Below, piece by piece: positions 1-9,455 of a DNA stretch of 64,000 nt; positions within the stretch are counted from its first letter, which is position 1, and each line of letters starts with the position of its first letter. This stretch comes from an uncultured Acetatifactor sp. (GTDB lineage: Bacteria; Bacillota; Clostridia; Lachnospirales; Lachnospiraceae). Below the pieces are notes generated by a model that was not told the DNA's origin, made no database searches, and was given only the letters and a program-made list of their open reading frames with translations. The stretch is from the NCBI GenBank assembly GCA_964475665.1, contig CAYZAU010000011.1, positions 3,520 through 67,519 on the forward strand, in the 5' to 3' direction. The translations under genes were made by a program, and so were the position numbers.

Positions 1-1354
1 CCACATGCTCACCGATGTATTTCTTGACACTGGTGACAATGTGGTTTTTGTAATCCTTATGGTGACTCTCAAAGAGCAGGCAGAGCTGCTGCTTAAAAAA
101 GCTCAGCCAGCTGACAATCTGCTCAACGCCGGTCTGCTGGTAAATGGAGCGGTAGCCCTCCGGATTGTCCTGAAAGAAGCCGGAGATAATCTGCTCGCCG
201 TCCTGAAGCAGGGATAACGCGAGAAAGAGAATGTTGCAGGCACCGTCCATAGCCTGTGTGTAGCGGTGAGGGTGTGCCAGAAAGAGCTCACAGAGAGTAT
301 CAAGCGTCTGCTGAAGAGCCTGTGCGTCATATTCCTCAAATGCCTTTGTCAAATCCTCGCGAAAGAGGCTGATATTAAAGGAGCTGTGCCCGGAATCCAG
401 CTGTACGCAGTCCTCGAAGGAGACGACGGGCGCAGCATCCGTGCAAAACTGACACGCCTGTCGGGACTGCTGGTAGGAGTCGCAGACAGCCTGCGGGTGT
501 TCAACGGCATTACCGATGCCGCAGCGAAAGGAAACATTGTAGTATTTCTGCAGGGTGTCACTGATGCCGGAGAGGATGGAGGGCAGACCGTGTCCGGGGG
601 CGGCAGCCGAGTCCGAAGAGCCGTCCGCGCTGTCCGGGTCTTTCTCTTCAAAGCAGAAAATAAGCGCAAAATGTCTGGTATCCAGAGACAGCCCATAGCA
701 GGGATGGTACTTTCCCGCGAGCTCCTTTAGCATCTGCATGGAGCTGGAAAAGAGCGCCAGCTGCTTTTCCATGGGGAGTGCCGCCGCCTGATTGCTGCTC
801 ATCTCGCCGTAGCAGCAGATATAACCGTGATAATGAAAATCGAGATTCAGGTCCCTGCTCTGAAGGATAAACTGCTCCTCGGATTCAAAGAGGCTGTTCA
901 GCAGCCGGATAAAGAACTTGTCGTAAAAGGGATGTACGAGATTTTCGGCGGGCGGGTGCTTTTCCTCGGTCCTGCGTATCTGCTCCGTGACGCGGAGCAT
1001 GGCGTCCCTTAAGCTCTCCGGTGTCAGCTCCAGCTTTACCAGATAATCTGTGACCTGATAGGTGATTGCCTCCTTGACCATATGGAAGTCCTCATAGCTG
1101 GTCAGAATCAGAAAACGGGGGCGCTCATTCCCGTAGCGCTCGCGGCACAGCCTGATTAGCTCCAGACCGCTCATCACAGGCATCTTGATGTCCGTGATGA
1201 CGATGTCGGGGGACTGCTCCTCGATAAGCCTGAGCGCAGCCTGCCCGTTTACGGCGGTTCCGGCAATCTCAATATTCAGCTCTCCCCAGTTGAGCATGGA
1301 TTTGATGCCTACCTGAACGAGCGGCTCATCGTCAACAATCAGTAGTTTATACAT
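1..1354 (-). CDS. Two-component response regulator, receiver + AraC-type HTH (YesN-like); 3' end truncated by window edge
   Basis: Manual translation of both ends: from CAT at 1352-1354, MYKLLIVDDEPLVQVGIKSML...PDIVITDIKMPVMSGLELI; the same frame at the window edge reads HKDYKNHIVTSVKKYIGEHV (start of AraC domain). Overlaps the kinase stop by 8 nt. Absent from the ORF track because it has no stop in the window. Confidence 0.92.
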   Translation of the reverse strand, partial: MYKLLIVDDEPLVQVGIKSMLNWGELNIEIAGTAVNGQAALRLIEEQSPDIVITDIKMPVMSGLELIRLCRERYGNERPRFLILTSYEDFHMVKEAITYQVTDYLVKLELTPESLRDAMLRVTEQIRRTEEKHPPAENLVHPFYDKFFIRLLNSLFESEEQFILQSRDLNLDFHYHGYICCYGEMSSNQAAALPMEKQLALFSSSMQMLKELAGKYHPCYGLSLDTRHFALIFCFEEKDPDSADGSSDSAAAPGHGLPSILSGISDTLQKYYNVSFRCGIGNAVEHPQAVCDSYQQSRQACQFCTDAAPVVSFEDCVQLDSGHSSFNISLFREDLTKAFEEYDAQALQQTLDTLCELFLAHPHRYTQAMDGACNILFLALSLLQDGEQIISGFFQDNPEGYRSIYQQTGVEQIVSWLSFFKQQLCLLFESHHKDYKNHIVTSVKKYIGEHV

Positions 1355-3209
1355 GGGAACCTCCATTTCTGAGCGGCGTGCTATCGTGGCAGTCGGCTTC
1401 GCTCAAATAATCAGAAGCGGCTGTGTCAGCCGGTATGTGGATTGACATGACGGTATAGATACCCTCCTCGCTGTCGATGGTGATTCCGGCGGGGGAGCCA
1501 AATTCATATTGCAGACGCTGATGCACGTTGCTGACACCAAGCTCCCGGAAGAAGTCAGCGCTGCTTTCCCGGTTGGAGCTGAGAATCTGGGCAGCCTTTT
1601 CCGGGGACATACCGACACCGTCGTCCCGCACATCGATGCGGATGCAGTCTGTATCCCGGTAAAGCTCCCTCGCGGCGTGTATCAGGATGTGTCCCGTGCC
1701 CTTCGGCTCGATACCGTGGAAGATGGCATTTTCCACCAGCGGCTGCAGGGTAAATTTAATGATGCGGCAGTCGTAGATGCTCTCCCCGTCCACCCGGATT
1801 TCCATGGTGATGGTGCCGCCGTAGCGATAGCTCTGGATGGTGAAGTAGTCCTGTAACAGGGAAAGCTCCTCCCGCACGCTCACTAAAAGGCTGGTTCCCT
1901 TGGAAATGCTTTTGAGCAGCTTCGCAAGGGCAGTGGTCATCTCGGAGATACCGTCGGCTCCCTGTATGGTTGCCATCCATTTGATGGAATTTAAGGTGTT
2001 ATAGATGAAGTGCGGGTTAATCTGGCTCTGCAGCACCTTGTATTCCAAATCCCGCTTCTGCTTTTCATCCTCCAGCCGCTTATTCATCAGAAGGTTTACG
2101 TTCTCGGACAGGTCGTTGATTCCCCGCCCGATATCTCCCAGCTCGTGATTCCATTCGATGGAGGCATCGCGGCTGAAATCTCCCTGGGCAATGCGGAGCA
2201 TCTTTGCGCGAAGCCTCGACACGGGAACGTGAATCATCCGGTTCATCAGCAGCATCAGCAGGATGCCGATGGCAAGGATGCTGATTAGGGTGCCAAAGAG
2301 AATGCCTAAAAGAAGCCACTGCTGGTCGTGCAGCTCCGAGAGGGAAATGCTCTGGCTGATATAGCAGCCAGACATATTTAAGGGGGCGGTGACCATGATG
2401 CGTGCGTGACCGTCAGCATCCTTGATTTCCGTGATTTGAATGCCGTCTATCATCGCTGTGGAGGTTAAATCCCTCAGAACGCTGTAGGAGACGGGAATTT
2501 CGCTCAGCGTCCCGTCTTCGTAGCGGTAGTGATGGCTGTCAAGGGTTAAAAGCACCAGACTGTCCTCCGCGATGGTATAGCGCTTCAGGGCGTCCGTAAA
2601 CAGTGAGGAGGATATCTCAAGGAAAAGAAAGCCGCCCTGCACGGAGTTAAACTGATAGGTGATGGGACGAATTAAGGGAAGCACCTGTATGCCCTGTCTG
2701 CTGAAGGGATCCTTTATGAAGCCCGTGGAAAAGTCGTAGCCTCCGGCATTCAGCAGCGTTTCAAAAAACGGAAGCTTCGGAACCTCCTTAGCGAGGTCGT
2801 CCGTCGAGGAATAGGTGGCATTTACGATTTGCAGAAAATGGTCGTTGGTAATCACTGCCAGCCTCGGGACGTAGCTGCCGGAGGGGTTGTTGCCGTACTC
2901 CTCATAGATACGGTCGTAGGTGGCAACCGAGAGGACGGAGCCGGGGTTCGGGTTCTTGGCGATGTAGTCCGCAACATCCCCGTTTGTCTGGCAGAAGCGA
3001 GCCAGCTGATAGATGTCGTCCATGCTGCCGTTGACGGCATCGGAGAGCAGCTGCAGGCTGGTCTCGGTGGACTGAATCAGGCTGCGCCGCAGATAATTCT
3101 GAAAGAGATAGTAGCTGACGGAGCTTATAATCACACACATCCCCAGAAGACAGGAAAGGGTGATTGCCAGTATGCGCTTTTGGATGCTGCCGGAATGCTT
3201 CTGTTTCAT
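1347..3209 (-). CDS. Sensor histidine kinase, YesM family (2 TM, HAMP, His_kinase, HATPase)
   Basis: Motifs LQSQINPHFIYNTLNSI, LQPLVENAIFHG, DDGVGM; two hydrophobic segments; adjacent to response regulator and divergent from sugar ABC operon. Confidence 0.93.
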   Translation of the reverse strand: MKQKHSGSIQKRILAITLSCLLGMCVIISSVSYYLFQNYLRRSLIQSTETSLQLLSDAVNGSMDDIYQLARFCQTNGDVADYIAKNPNPGSVLSVATYDRIYEEYGNNPSGSYVPRLAVITNDHFLQIVNATYSSTDDLAKEVPKLPFFETLLNAGGYDFSTGFIKDPFSRQGIQVLPLIRPITYQFNSVQGGFLFLEISSSLFTDALKRYTIAEDSLVLLTLDSHHYRYEDGTLSEIPVSYSVLRDLTSTAMIDGIQITEIKDADGHARIMVTAPLNMSGCYISQSISLSELHDQQWLLLGILFGTLISILAIGILLMLLMNRMIHVPVSRLRAKMLRIAQGDFSRDASIEWNHELGDIGRGINDLSENVNLLMNKRLEDEKQKRDLEYKVLQSQINPHFIYNTLNSIKWMATIQGADGISEMTTALAKLLKSISKGTSLLVSVREELSLLQDYFTIQSYRYGGTITMEIRVDGESIYDCRIIKFTLQPLVENAIFHGIEPKGTGHILIHAARELYRDTDCIRIDVRDDGVGMSPEKAAQILSSNRESSADFFRELGVSNVHQRLQYEFGSPAGITIDSEEGIYTVMSIHIPADTAASDYLSEADCHDSTPLRNGGSHV

Positions 3210-3357
3210 GGAAATCCTTTCTGCGCTTTGTTGTGCCGTGTCCGTCCGGCGGACTGAGTCTGCCGGCTGCGGAATTATGAATTATCATAGCATAAATTTA
3301 AGGCAGAGAAAAGCAATCTAAAAATTTTGCATGATTTGTGTAAAAAAGTGCACAAGC

Positions 3358-3371
3358 TGGAAGCGCTTACA
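3358..3371. promoter_or_regulatory. cre / LacI-family operator-like palindrome TGGAAGCGCTTACA
   Basis: Close match to the CcpA cre consensus TGWAANCGNTNWCA, in the divergent promoter region upstream of a -10 TATACT (3438-3443). Confidence 0.6.
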
Positions 3372-3505
3372 GAAAAACGGGAATAAATTTTAAACAGAAT
3401 AATAAATTTTTCCATGTAAACGGCTTTTCTTTTCCGCTATACTGACAGTACAGTCAAGAAGCAATTCCGCTACGGCGGGGTAAAACAGAAACAGGAGGGT
3501 TTACT

Positions 3506-4873
3506 ATGAAGAAGAAGGTACTTAGTCTTGTACTGGCAGCAGCCATGATGTCTGTGACACTGGCAGGCTGCGGAGGGGAAAACGGCAGTGCGGGAAGCAG
3601 TAATGCGGGAAGCGGCAGTGCGGCAGGCACTAAGACGGATAACAAGTCGGATGCTTCCACATCAAAGACGACTGAGCCTGTGACACTGAAGTGGGCAATC
3701 TGGGATCAGGAGACCACCCAGTACTGGAACGACATCAAGCAGGCGTATGAGGCATCCCATGAGGGAGTGACCATCGAGATGGTTGACCTCGGCTCCAGTG
3801 AGTATATGACGGTTCTGGCGACTGAGCTGTCCGGCTCCGGCACGGATTTTGATGTGGTTACCATCAAGGACGTACCCGGCTATGCAACCCTGGTTCAGAA
3901 AAACACCATTCTGCCTCTGGATGATTACATTAAGGCAGACAACGTAGACCTTACAAAGTTTGCGGGTGCTACCGACCAGGTAACGGTTGACGGAAGCCTC
4001 TATGAGCTGCCCTTCAGAAATGATTTCTGGGTGCTCTTCTACAATAAAGATTTGTTTGACGCAAAGAACGTTGCATACCCTACCAACGATATGACATGGG
4101 AAGAGTATGATGAGCTGGCAAGAAAGATGACCGACACCACCTTCGGTGCACAGGTTTACGGCGGACATTACCACACATGGCGAAGCACCATCGGACTGAT
4201 GGGTGTTCTGGACGGCGAGCACACCATTCTGGACGGCAACTATGATTTCATGAAGCCTTATTATGAGATGGTGCTGGCACAGGAAGCTGACGGCGTTGTC
4301 AGAAAGTACACTGACTTAAAGACAGAGGGTCTGCACTATTCTGCTGCTTTCTCCGGCGGAGATGTAGCTATGATGAACATGGGCTCCTGGTATATCGCAA
4401 CCCTGATTTCCAATCTGCAGAGCGGTGAGTACAGCGCTGACAGCTGCGGGAACTGGGGCATCGTGAAGTATCCTCATGCTGAGGGCGTTGAGGCGGGCTC
4501 CACACTCGGAACCATCACCGGTCTTGCCATCACCGCTGCAACGGATACTCCTGACGCTGCATGGGATTTCGTAAACTGGGTAAGCGGCGAGGAGGGCGCG
4601 GCAGTTATGGCATCCTCAGGAAACTTCCCCGCAATCATGACCGACGAGGTTAAGGATATGATTGCAGGACTGGATGGCTTCCCCACCGATGCTGAGAGCA
4701 AGGAAGCGCTGAGCGTATCCAACCTGTATCTCGAGGTTCCTTATGCTGAGAAGGTATCTGAAATTAACTCCGTACTGGATTCTTATCACGGCTCCATCAT
4801 GACCGGTGAGAAGACCATTGACGAGGGAATTGCAGCAATGAATACAGAGGTTTCCAAGATTCTGGCTCAGTAA
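3506..4873 (+). CDS. Sugar ABC transporter solute-binding lipoprotein
   Basis: SD AGGAGG; MKKK signal peptide with lipobox LAGC; Ser/Gly-rich linker; SBP family 1 motif (LFYNKDLFD...YPTNDMTWEEY). Confidence 0.93.
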   Translation: MKKKVLSLVLAAAMMSVTLAGCGGENGSAGSSNAGSGSAAGTKTDNKSDASTSKTTEPVTLKWAIWDQETTQYWNDIKQAYEASHEGVTIEMVDLGSSEYMTVLATELSGSGTDFDVVTIKDVPGYATLVQKNTILPLDDYIKADNVDLTKFAGATDQVTVDGSLYELPFRNDFWVLFYNKDLFDAKNVAYPTNDMTWEEYDELARKMTDTTFGAQVYGGHYHTWRSTIGLMGVLDGEHTILDGNYDFMKPYYEMVLAQEADGVVRKYTDLKTEGLHYSAAFSGGDVAMMNMGSWYIATLISNLQSGEYSADSCGNWGIVKYPHAEGVEAGSTLGTITGLAITAATDTPDAAWDFVNWVSGEEGAAVMASSGNFPAIMTDEVKDMIAGLDGFPTDAESKEALSVSNLYLEVPYAEKVSEINSVLDSYHGSIMTGEKTIDEGIAAMNTEVSKILAQ

Positions 4874-4887
4874 GGAAAGGTAACAAT

Positions 4888-4922
4888 AAGGGGGGTCGCA
4901 CGTAAAGGCGGCCCCTTTGTTT
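4888..4922 (+). terminator. Stem-loop after SBP gene (partial terminator or mRNA stabiliser)
   Basis: GGGGTCGC-acgtaaag-GCGGCCCC followed by TTTGTTT. Confidence 0.6.
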
Positions 4923-4965
4923 CTAAAAGCCCTTTAGTAACAGATTCGGAAAGGAGCGTAATCAT

Positions 4966-6030
4966 ATGCCGAAGATGGGTGAAGCCGAAAAGGCAGAGGT
5001 AATCGGTGGTCTGCAGGGCAGACTGACGCAGCTGATTACAGATGTGCGGACGGAGAGCGACGACAGGAAGAAGCGCAGGATGATTGCGGAAATCGGCAAG
5101 CTCAACCGCCGGATTGACAAAATTAAGTCGGGAAGAATCCTGAGTCGTGAGACGAAGAGAGACCTGATTGCGTATTCTTTTATTGCACCTAACTTTATCG
5201 GATTTTGTGTCTTTACCCTGATTCCCATTGTCTTTGCCTTTGCACTGGCATTTATGAAATGGGACGGAAGTAATCCCGTGCAATGGGCGGGACTGAGCAA
5301 TTTTTTACGGCTGGGGGATGACATTTTCTTTAAGGCAGCCTTGAAGAATACCATTATCTACTGTGTGGGAACCGTACCCCTGACCATGATAGCCTCTCTC
5401 GCACTGGCTATCATCCTGAATCAGAAAGTAAGAGGAAGAGGGATTTTCAGAACCCTTGCCTTTTTCCCATATGTGGCATCCCTGGTGGCGGTGACCTCCG
5501 TCTGGAAGATGCTGTTTCACCCTTCAAAGGGACCCATCAACAGTATCCTGTATAATGTCTTTGGCGTGGCACAGGATAAGCTGCCCCAGTGGTTCACGGG
5601 CGGGCTGGTGCTGCTCTCCATGATACTGTTCAGCGTGTGGAAATACATGGGCTATTACATGGTGATTTATCTGGCAGGTCTGCAGGGCATTTCAGCCGAG
5701 CTTTACGAGGCGGCAAGCCTTGACGGTGCGGGGACGTGGAATAAGTTCCGCTATGTGACCTGGCCGCAGCTTTCCTCCACTACCTTCTTTGTGGTAGTCA
5801 TGCTGACAATCAACTGCTTCAAGATATATGACGTGGCAATCATGCTGGCTGGAGGCGGAAGCGGTGAGCTGACGACCTCGGCGACGGTGCTTGTGTACTA
5901 CATCTATCAGAAGGCATTCATTGACTGGGATTTGGGATATTCCAGTGCGGTGGCGATGGTACTGTTTCTCATGGTTCTGCTGGTGACGATTATCCAGTTC
6001 AGAGGACAGGCAAGGAAGGAGAGGGCGTAA
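4966..6030 (+). CDS. Carbohydrate ABC transporter permease with charged N-terminal extension
   Basis: EAA motif LYEAASLDGAGTWNKFRYVTWP; six hydrophobic segments; SD AAGGAG. Confidence 0.92.
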   Translation: MPKMGEAEKAEVIGGLQGRLTQLITDVRTESDDRKKRRMIAEIGKLNRRIDKIKSGRILSRETKRDLIAYSFIAPNFIGFCVFTLIPIVFAFALAFMKWDGSNPVQWAGLSNFLRLGDDIFFKAALKNTIIYCVGTVPLTMIASLALAIILNQKVRGRGIFRTLAFFPYVASLVAVTSVWKMLFHPSKGPINSILYNVFGVAQDKLPQWFTGGLVLLSMILFSVWKYMGYYMVIYLAGLQGISAELYEAASLDGAGTWNKFRYVTWPQLSSTTFFVVVMLTINCFKIYDVAIMLAGGGSGELTTSATVLVYYIYQKAFIDWDLGYSSAVAMVLFLMVLLVTIIQFRGQARKERA

Positions 6031-6055
6031 AAGCCTTCCCGGAACGGAGACAGAC

Positions 6056-6844
6056 ATGGTATTGTCCTTGAAGGTAATAGACAGGAATGATAACACGATT
6101 TGTGTCAGCAGCGGAGAGGATTTCACCGATTTGGCGTGTATGCGCAGCTATGAGGAGGGCGACCGGATTGAGCTGACCTGCTCGGAAAAGAACTGCCATA
6201 TCCGCTGGCAGGTTGATGATGCGCTGGGGGCGGCATTCGTGTACATAACGGAAAAGACGGTATCCTACACCATCCCCTTCGGGGAAAAGAGAATCAGCTG
6301 CTCGCCGAAGGTGTTTAGCGGTGACCGGCATTATCTCTACGCGGAGGCTGCGAGGGCGGACGAGGTGGAGGCTTATCGGAATCTGGCACTGAATCCCGCG
6401 GACCAGCACTGTGACGTTTGCTGTTACCCGCATGCTTCGGCGAATGTGGAGACACGGGGTGAGTCGGTGTTTGCGGCGAAAAACGCCATCGACGGGGTGC
6501 GCGCGAACCTCTCCCACGGGCAATGGCCCTACCAGTCCTGGGGCATCAACAGACAGGACGATGCGACCATGCGGGTGGAGTTTGGACGCAGGGTGAGGAC
6601 GGATAGGATAGTGCTCTATACCCGCTCGGATTTTCCGCACGACAACTGGTGGGTGCAGGTGACCGTGAGCTTTTCGGACGGCAGCAGCATTGATTTTCCG
6701 ATGGAAAAATCGATGCGGGGGCATGTCCTTACCTTCCCGGAGAAGGAGACAGAGTGGATAGAGCTTGGCAGCCTGATAAAGGCGGATGACCCGTCTCCCT
6801 TTCCGGCGTTAAGCCAGATAGAGGTGTACGGAAGAGACGCCTGA
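6056..6844 (+). CDS. Uncharacterised cytoplasmic protein, probable discoidin / F5-8 type C-like carbohydrate-binding domain
   Basis: RNLALN...ASANVETRGESVFAAKNAIDG...SWG...VEFGR...ALSQIEVYG resembles galactose-binding-like folds; no signal peptide; sits between the two permeases. Confidence 0.65.
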   Translation: MVLSLKVIDRNDNTICVSSGEDFTDLACMRSYEEGDRIELTCSEKNCHIRWQVDDALGAAFVYITEKTVSYTIPFGEKRISCSPKVFSGDRHYLYAEAARADEVEAYRNLALNPADQHCDVCCYPHASANVETRGESVFAAKNAIDGVRANLSHGQWPYQSWGINRQDDATMRVEFGRRVRTDRIVLYTRSDFPHDNWWVQVTVSFSDGSSIDFPMEKSMRGHVLTFPEKETEWIELGSLIKADDPSPFPALSQIEVYGRDA

Positions 6845-6883
6845 CTGAGAATGAAGAAAATGTTTTCGGAATGGAGGATTATT

Positions 6884-7723
6884 ATGAGGTCGGCACATAA
6901 AAGAGCCGTTTTAGGCAAAACAGTTGTTTATATTATCCTGATTCTGATTGCGCTGGTTATGATTATTCCTTTTTTGTGGATGCTTTCCTCATCCATCAAG
7001 AGTGACCGCGAGGTGTTCCAGATGAATCCCTTTGTCTGGATTCCGGAGAACCCGAAATGGAGTAATTATGCGGACATCTGGACCAAGATTCCCTTTGCGA
7101 AGTTTGTTGGAAATACGGTGTTTTTGACCATCGTCGTCACTCTGCTGCAGCTCTTGACCAGCAGCTTTGCGGCATATTCCTTTGCGAAGCTGCATTTCCG
7201 TCATAAGAACGGGCTGTTTCTGGCATATATCGCGACCATCGCGATGCCCTGGCAGGTGTACATGGTTCCCCAGTTTATCATGATGAGAAAAATGGGGCTG
7301 AACGATAAGCTTCTTGCAATCATCTGCCTGCAGGCGTTTTCCGCTTTCGGCGTATTCATGATGAAGCAGTTTTACGAGGGAATTCCCGACGACCTCTGCG
7401 AGGCGGCACGAATAGACGGTATGAACGAGTACAGGATTTACGCGAGCATCATGCTGCCGCTTTCCAAGCCGGCGCTTTCCACGCTGACAATCTTCACCTT
7501 TGTGGCAACCTGGAATGACTACCTTGGACCCCTGATTTATTTAAAGTCGCAGGAGAAAAAGACCATCCAGCTGGGACTGAAAATGTTCATCAGCCAGTAC
7601 TCCTCTGATTACGGTCTGATTATGGCCGGCTCCGTGCTCTCCCTGATACCCGTACTGATTGTATTCCTGATTCTCCAGAAATACTTCGTGGAGGGAGTTG
7701 CGTCCACGGGTCTGAAGGGCTGA
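6884..7723 (+). CDS. Carbohydrate ABC transporter permease
   Basis: EAA motif LCEAARIDGMNEYRIY; ends QKYFVEGVASTGLKG; SD GGAGG before ATG 6884 (alternative start 6851). Confidence 0.92.
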   Translation: MRSAHKRAVLGKTVVYIILILIALVMIIPFLWMLSSSIKSDREVFQMNPFVWIPENPKWSNYADIWTKIPFAKFVGNTVFLTIVVTLLQLLTSSFAAYSFAKLHFRHKNGLFLAYIATIAMPWQVYMVPQFIMMRKMGLNDKLLAIICLQAFSAFGVFMMKQFYEGIPDDLCEAARIDGMNEYRIYASIMLPLSKPALSTLTIFTFVATWNDYLGPLIYLKSQEKKTIQLGLKMFISQYSSDYGLIMAGSVLSLIPVLIVFLILQKYFVEGVASTGLKG

Positions 7724-7804
7724 CGGGTTTTTAAGCTTCACGCCGAAAATGCAGATACGGATTGTGCCAAATGCGGTGGTACGGCGGTATTTGCAGCCGG
7801 GGTA

Positions 7805-7833
7805 TTGCATAGGACGCGATAGTCGGCTATAAT
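7805..7833 (+). promoter_or_regulatory. SigA-type promoter for the GH88 gene
   Basis: TTGCAT-17 nt-TATAAT. Confidence 0.7.
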
Positions 7834-7894
7834 TAAAAAACGGGTGGCGTGCCCCAATGCGCATGATGGTGTGTCCCAATGCGCATGATGGCAT

Positions 7895-8072
7895 ACAGAG
7901 TGGAGTGAAGCGCAAGAGGCGTGGAACAAGAGGTGCGGCACAGAGTGAAGTGAAGCGCAAGAGGTATGGAACAAGGGGTGCGGCACAGAGTGGAGTGAAG
8001 CGCAAGAGGCGTGGAACAAGGGGTGCGGCACAGAGTGAAGTGAAGCGCAAGAGGTGTGGAACAAGGGGTGCG
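7895..8072 (+). repeat. Tandem repeat, 45 bp x ~4, in the GH88 5' leader
   Basis: Unit ACAGAGTG(G/A)AGTGAAGCGCAAGAGG(C/T)(G/A)TGGAACAAG(A/G)GGTGCGGC starting at 7895, 7940, 7985, 8030; preceded by a ~22-bp duplication containing CCCAATGCGCATGATGG (7849-7891). Confidence 0.95.
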
Positions 8073-8093
8073 ACGGAAAGGAATGAGAGGACG

Positions 8094-9263
8094 ATGAGTG
8101 TGAAATTTGCGGATTATCCCGAGATAACGGCGGAGGAGATGGCTGGGGCACTGGAATTCTGTAACAGGCAGATTCTGCATGTGCTGCCGGAATTTACGGA
8201 GAAGTTTCAGAATGCTTACAGCGAGAAGGGCTTTTACCCGCCCGTGGAAAACGAGGACTGGACAACAGGCTTCTGGACCGGGGAAATCTGGCTTGCCTAT
8301 GAGTACTCTCATGACGAGAGACTGAGGAGGGCGGCGGAGATACAGGTACACAGCTTTAAGGAGAGAATCGACAAAAAGATTAAGGTCGACCATCACGACA
8401 TGGGCTTTCTCTATACTCCCTCCTGTGTTGCGGCGTACAAGCTTACGGGAAATAAGGAGGGCAGGGAAGCGGCAATTCAGGCTGCCGACCAGCTGGTGAG
8501 CAGATATCAGCCCGTGGGAAAGTTTATCCAGGCGTGGGGGACTATGGGCGCGCCCAAAAACTATCGGCTGATTATTGACTGTCTGCTGAATCTGCCCCTG
8601 CTGTACTGGGCAGGCGAGGAGACCGGAAATGACAGATACAGGGAGATTGCGGAGAATCACATTCACACGGCGGTGGCGAATGTAATCAGAGAGGATTATT
8701 CCACCTGGCACACCTTCTTCTTTGACCCTGAGACGGGAAAGCCGCATCACGGAGCGACCTGTCAGGGCTACCGTGACGGTTCGGCGTGGGCGAGAGGACA
8801 GGCATGGGGCATTTATGGGCTGGCGCTTGCCTACAGATACACGGGCAGGAAGGAATATATTGATTTGTTCCGCCATGTGACGGAATATTTTCTGGAGCAT
8901 CTGCCGGAGGATTTAATACCCTACTGGGATTTGGAATTTATGAGCGGAGATGAGCAGCCAAGGGATTCCTCCTCGGCTTCCATCGCAGCCTGTGGTATGC
9001 TGGAGATGAGCAGCTATCTCGACGGAGAGGAGGCTGCGCATTATCGGAGTCTTGCAGCAAAGCTGATAAAGGCGGTTTTCGATAACTGTGCCGTGAAGGA
9101 TGTGGAGGTCTCCAACGGTCTGGTACTGCACAGCACATACTCCAACCATTCGCCCTACAATACCTGCAATCACTGCGGCGTGGACGAGTGTAACATCTGG
9201 GGAGACTACTTCTACATGGAGGCGCTCACCAGAATGAACAGGGACTGGAAGCCCTACTGGTAA
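8094..9263 (+). CDS. Unsaturated glucuronyl hydrolase, GH88 family
   Basis: Motifs WTTGFWTG, HHDMGFLY, LIIDCLLNLPLL, WARGQAWGIYG, RDSSSASI, WGDYFYMEAL; SD GAGAGG before ATG 8094; no signal peptide. Confidence 0.92.
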   Translation: MSVKFADYPEITAEEMAGALEFCNRQILHVLPEFTEKFQNAYSEKGFYPPVENEDWTTGFWTGEIWLAYEYSHDERLRRAAEIQVHSFKERIDKKIKVDHHDMGFLYTPSCVAAYKLTGNKEGREAAIQAADQLVSRYQPVGKFIQAWGTMGAPKNYRLIIDCLLNLPLLYWAGEETGNDRYREIAENHIHTAVANVIREDYSTWHTFFFDPETGKPHHGATCQGYRDGSAWARGQAWGIYGLALAYRYTGRKEYIDLFRHVTEYFLEHLPEDLIPYWDLEFMSGDEQPRDSSSASIAACGMLEMSSYLDGEEAAHYRSLAAKLIKAVFDNCAVKDVEVSNGLVLHSTYSNHSPYNTCNHCGVDECNIWGDYFYMEALTRMNRDWKPYW

Positions 9264-9326
9264 AAGCAGAGGCGGACACTGTCAGTGGGGTGAAGCCAAA
9301 ATAAAACGGAATCGGAATTGAACGGA

Positions 9327-9376
9327 AATTGCACCGGCAGAATGTAACAAATACAATTTGCTAGTGCAATTTTTTC
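9327..9376 (+). terminator. Imperfect long hairpin + T tract after GH88
   Basis: AATTGCAC...GTGCAATT inverted repeat followed by TTTTT. Confidence 0.5.
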
Positions 9377-9455
9377 GTGAATGTGCTACAATAAAGGCAC
9401 ACCCGACACATTCAGACATTGGAGAGATTCTATTATACAAAGGAGGCACCTATAT

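Noticed and set aside
3382-3410. AATAAATTTT direct repeat as a YesN-type binding site
   Set aside because: Low-complexity AT sequence at 19-bp spacing; plausible but not distinguishable from chance
7895-8072. 45-bp, 42-bp and 30-bp arrays as possible CRISPR arrays
   Set aside because: Units are head-to-tail with no unique spacers, and there are no cas genes in the window
7857-8093. 79-aa basic N-terminal extension of GH88 in the ORF track
   Set aside because: It is the 45-bp array read in frame; no SD at 7857, good SD before 8094, and GH88 similarity starts after it
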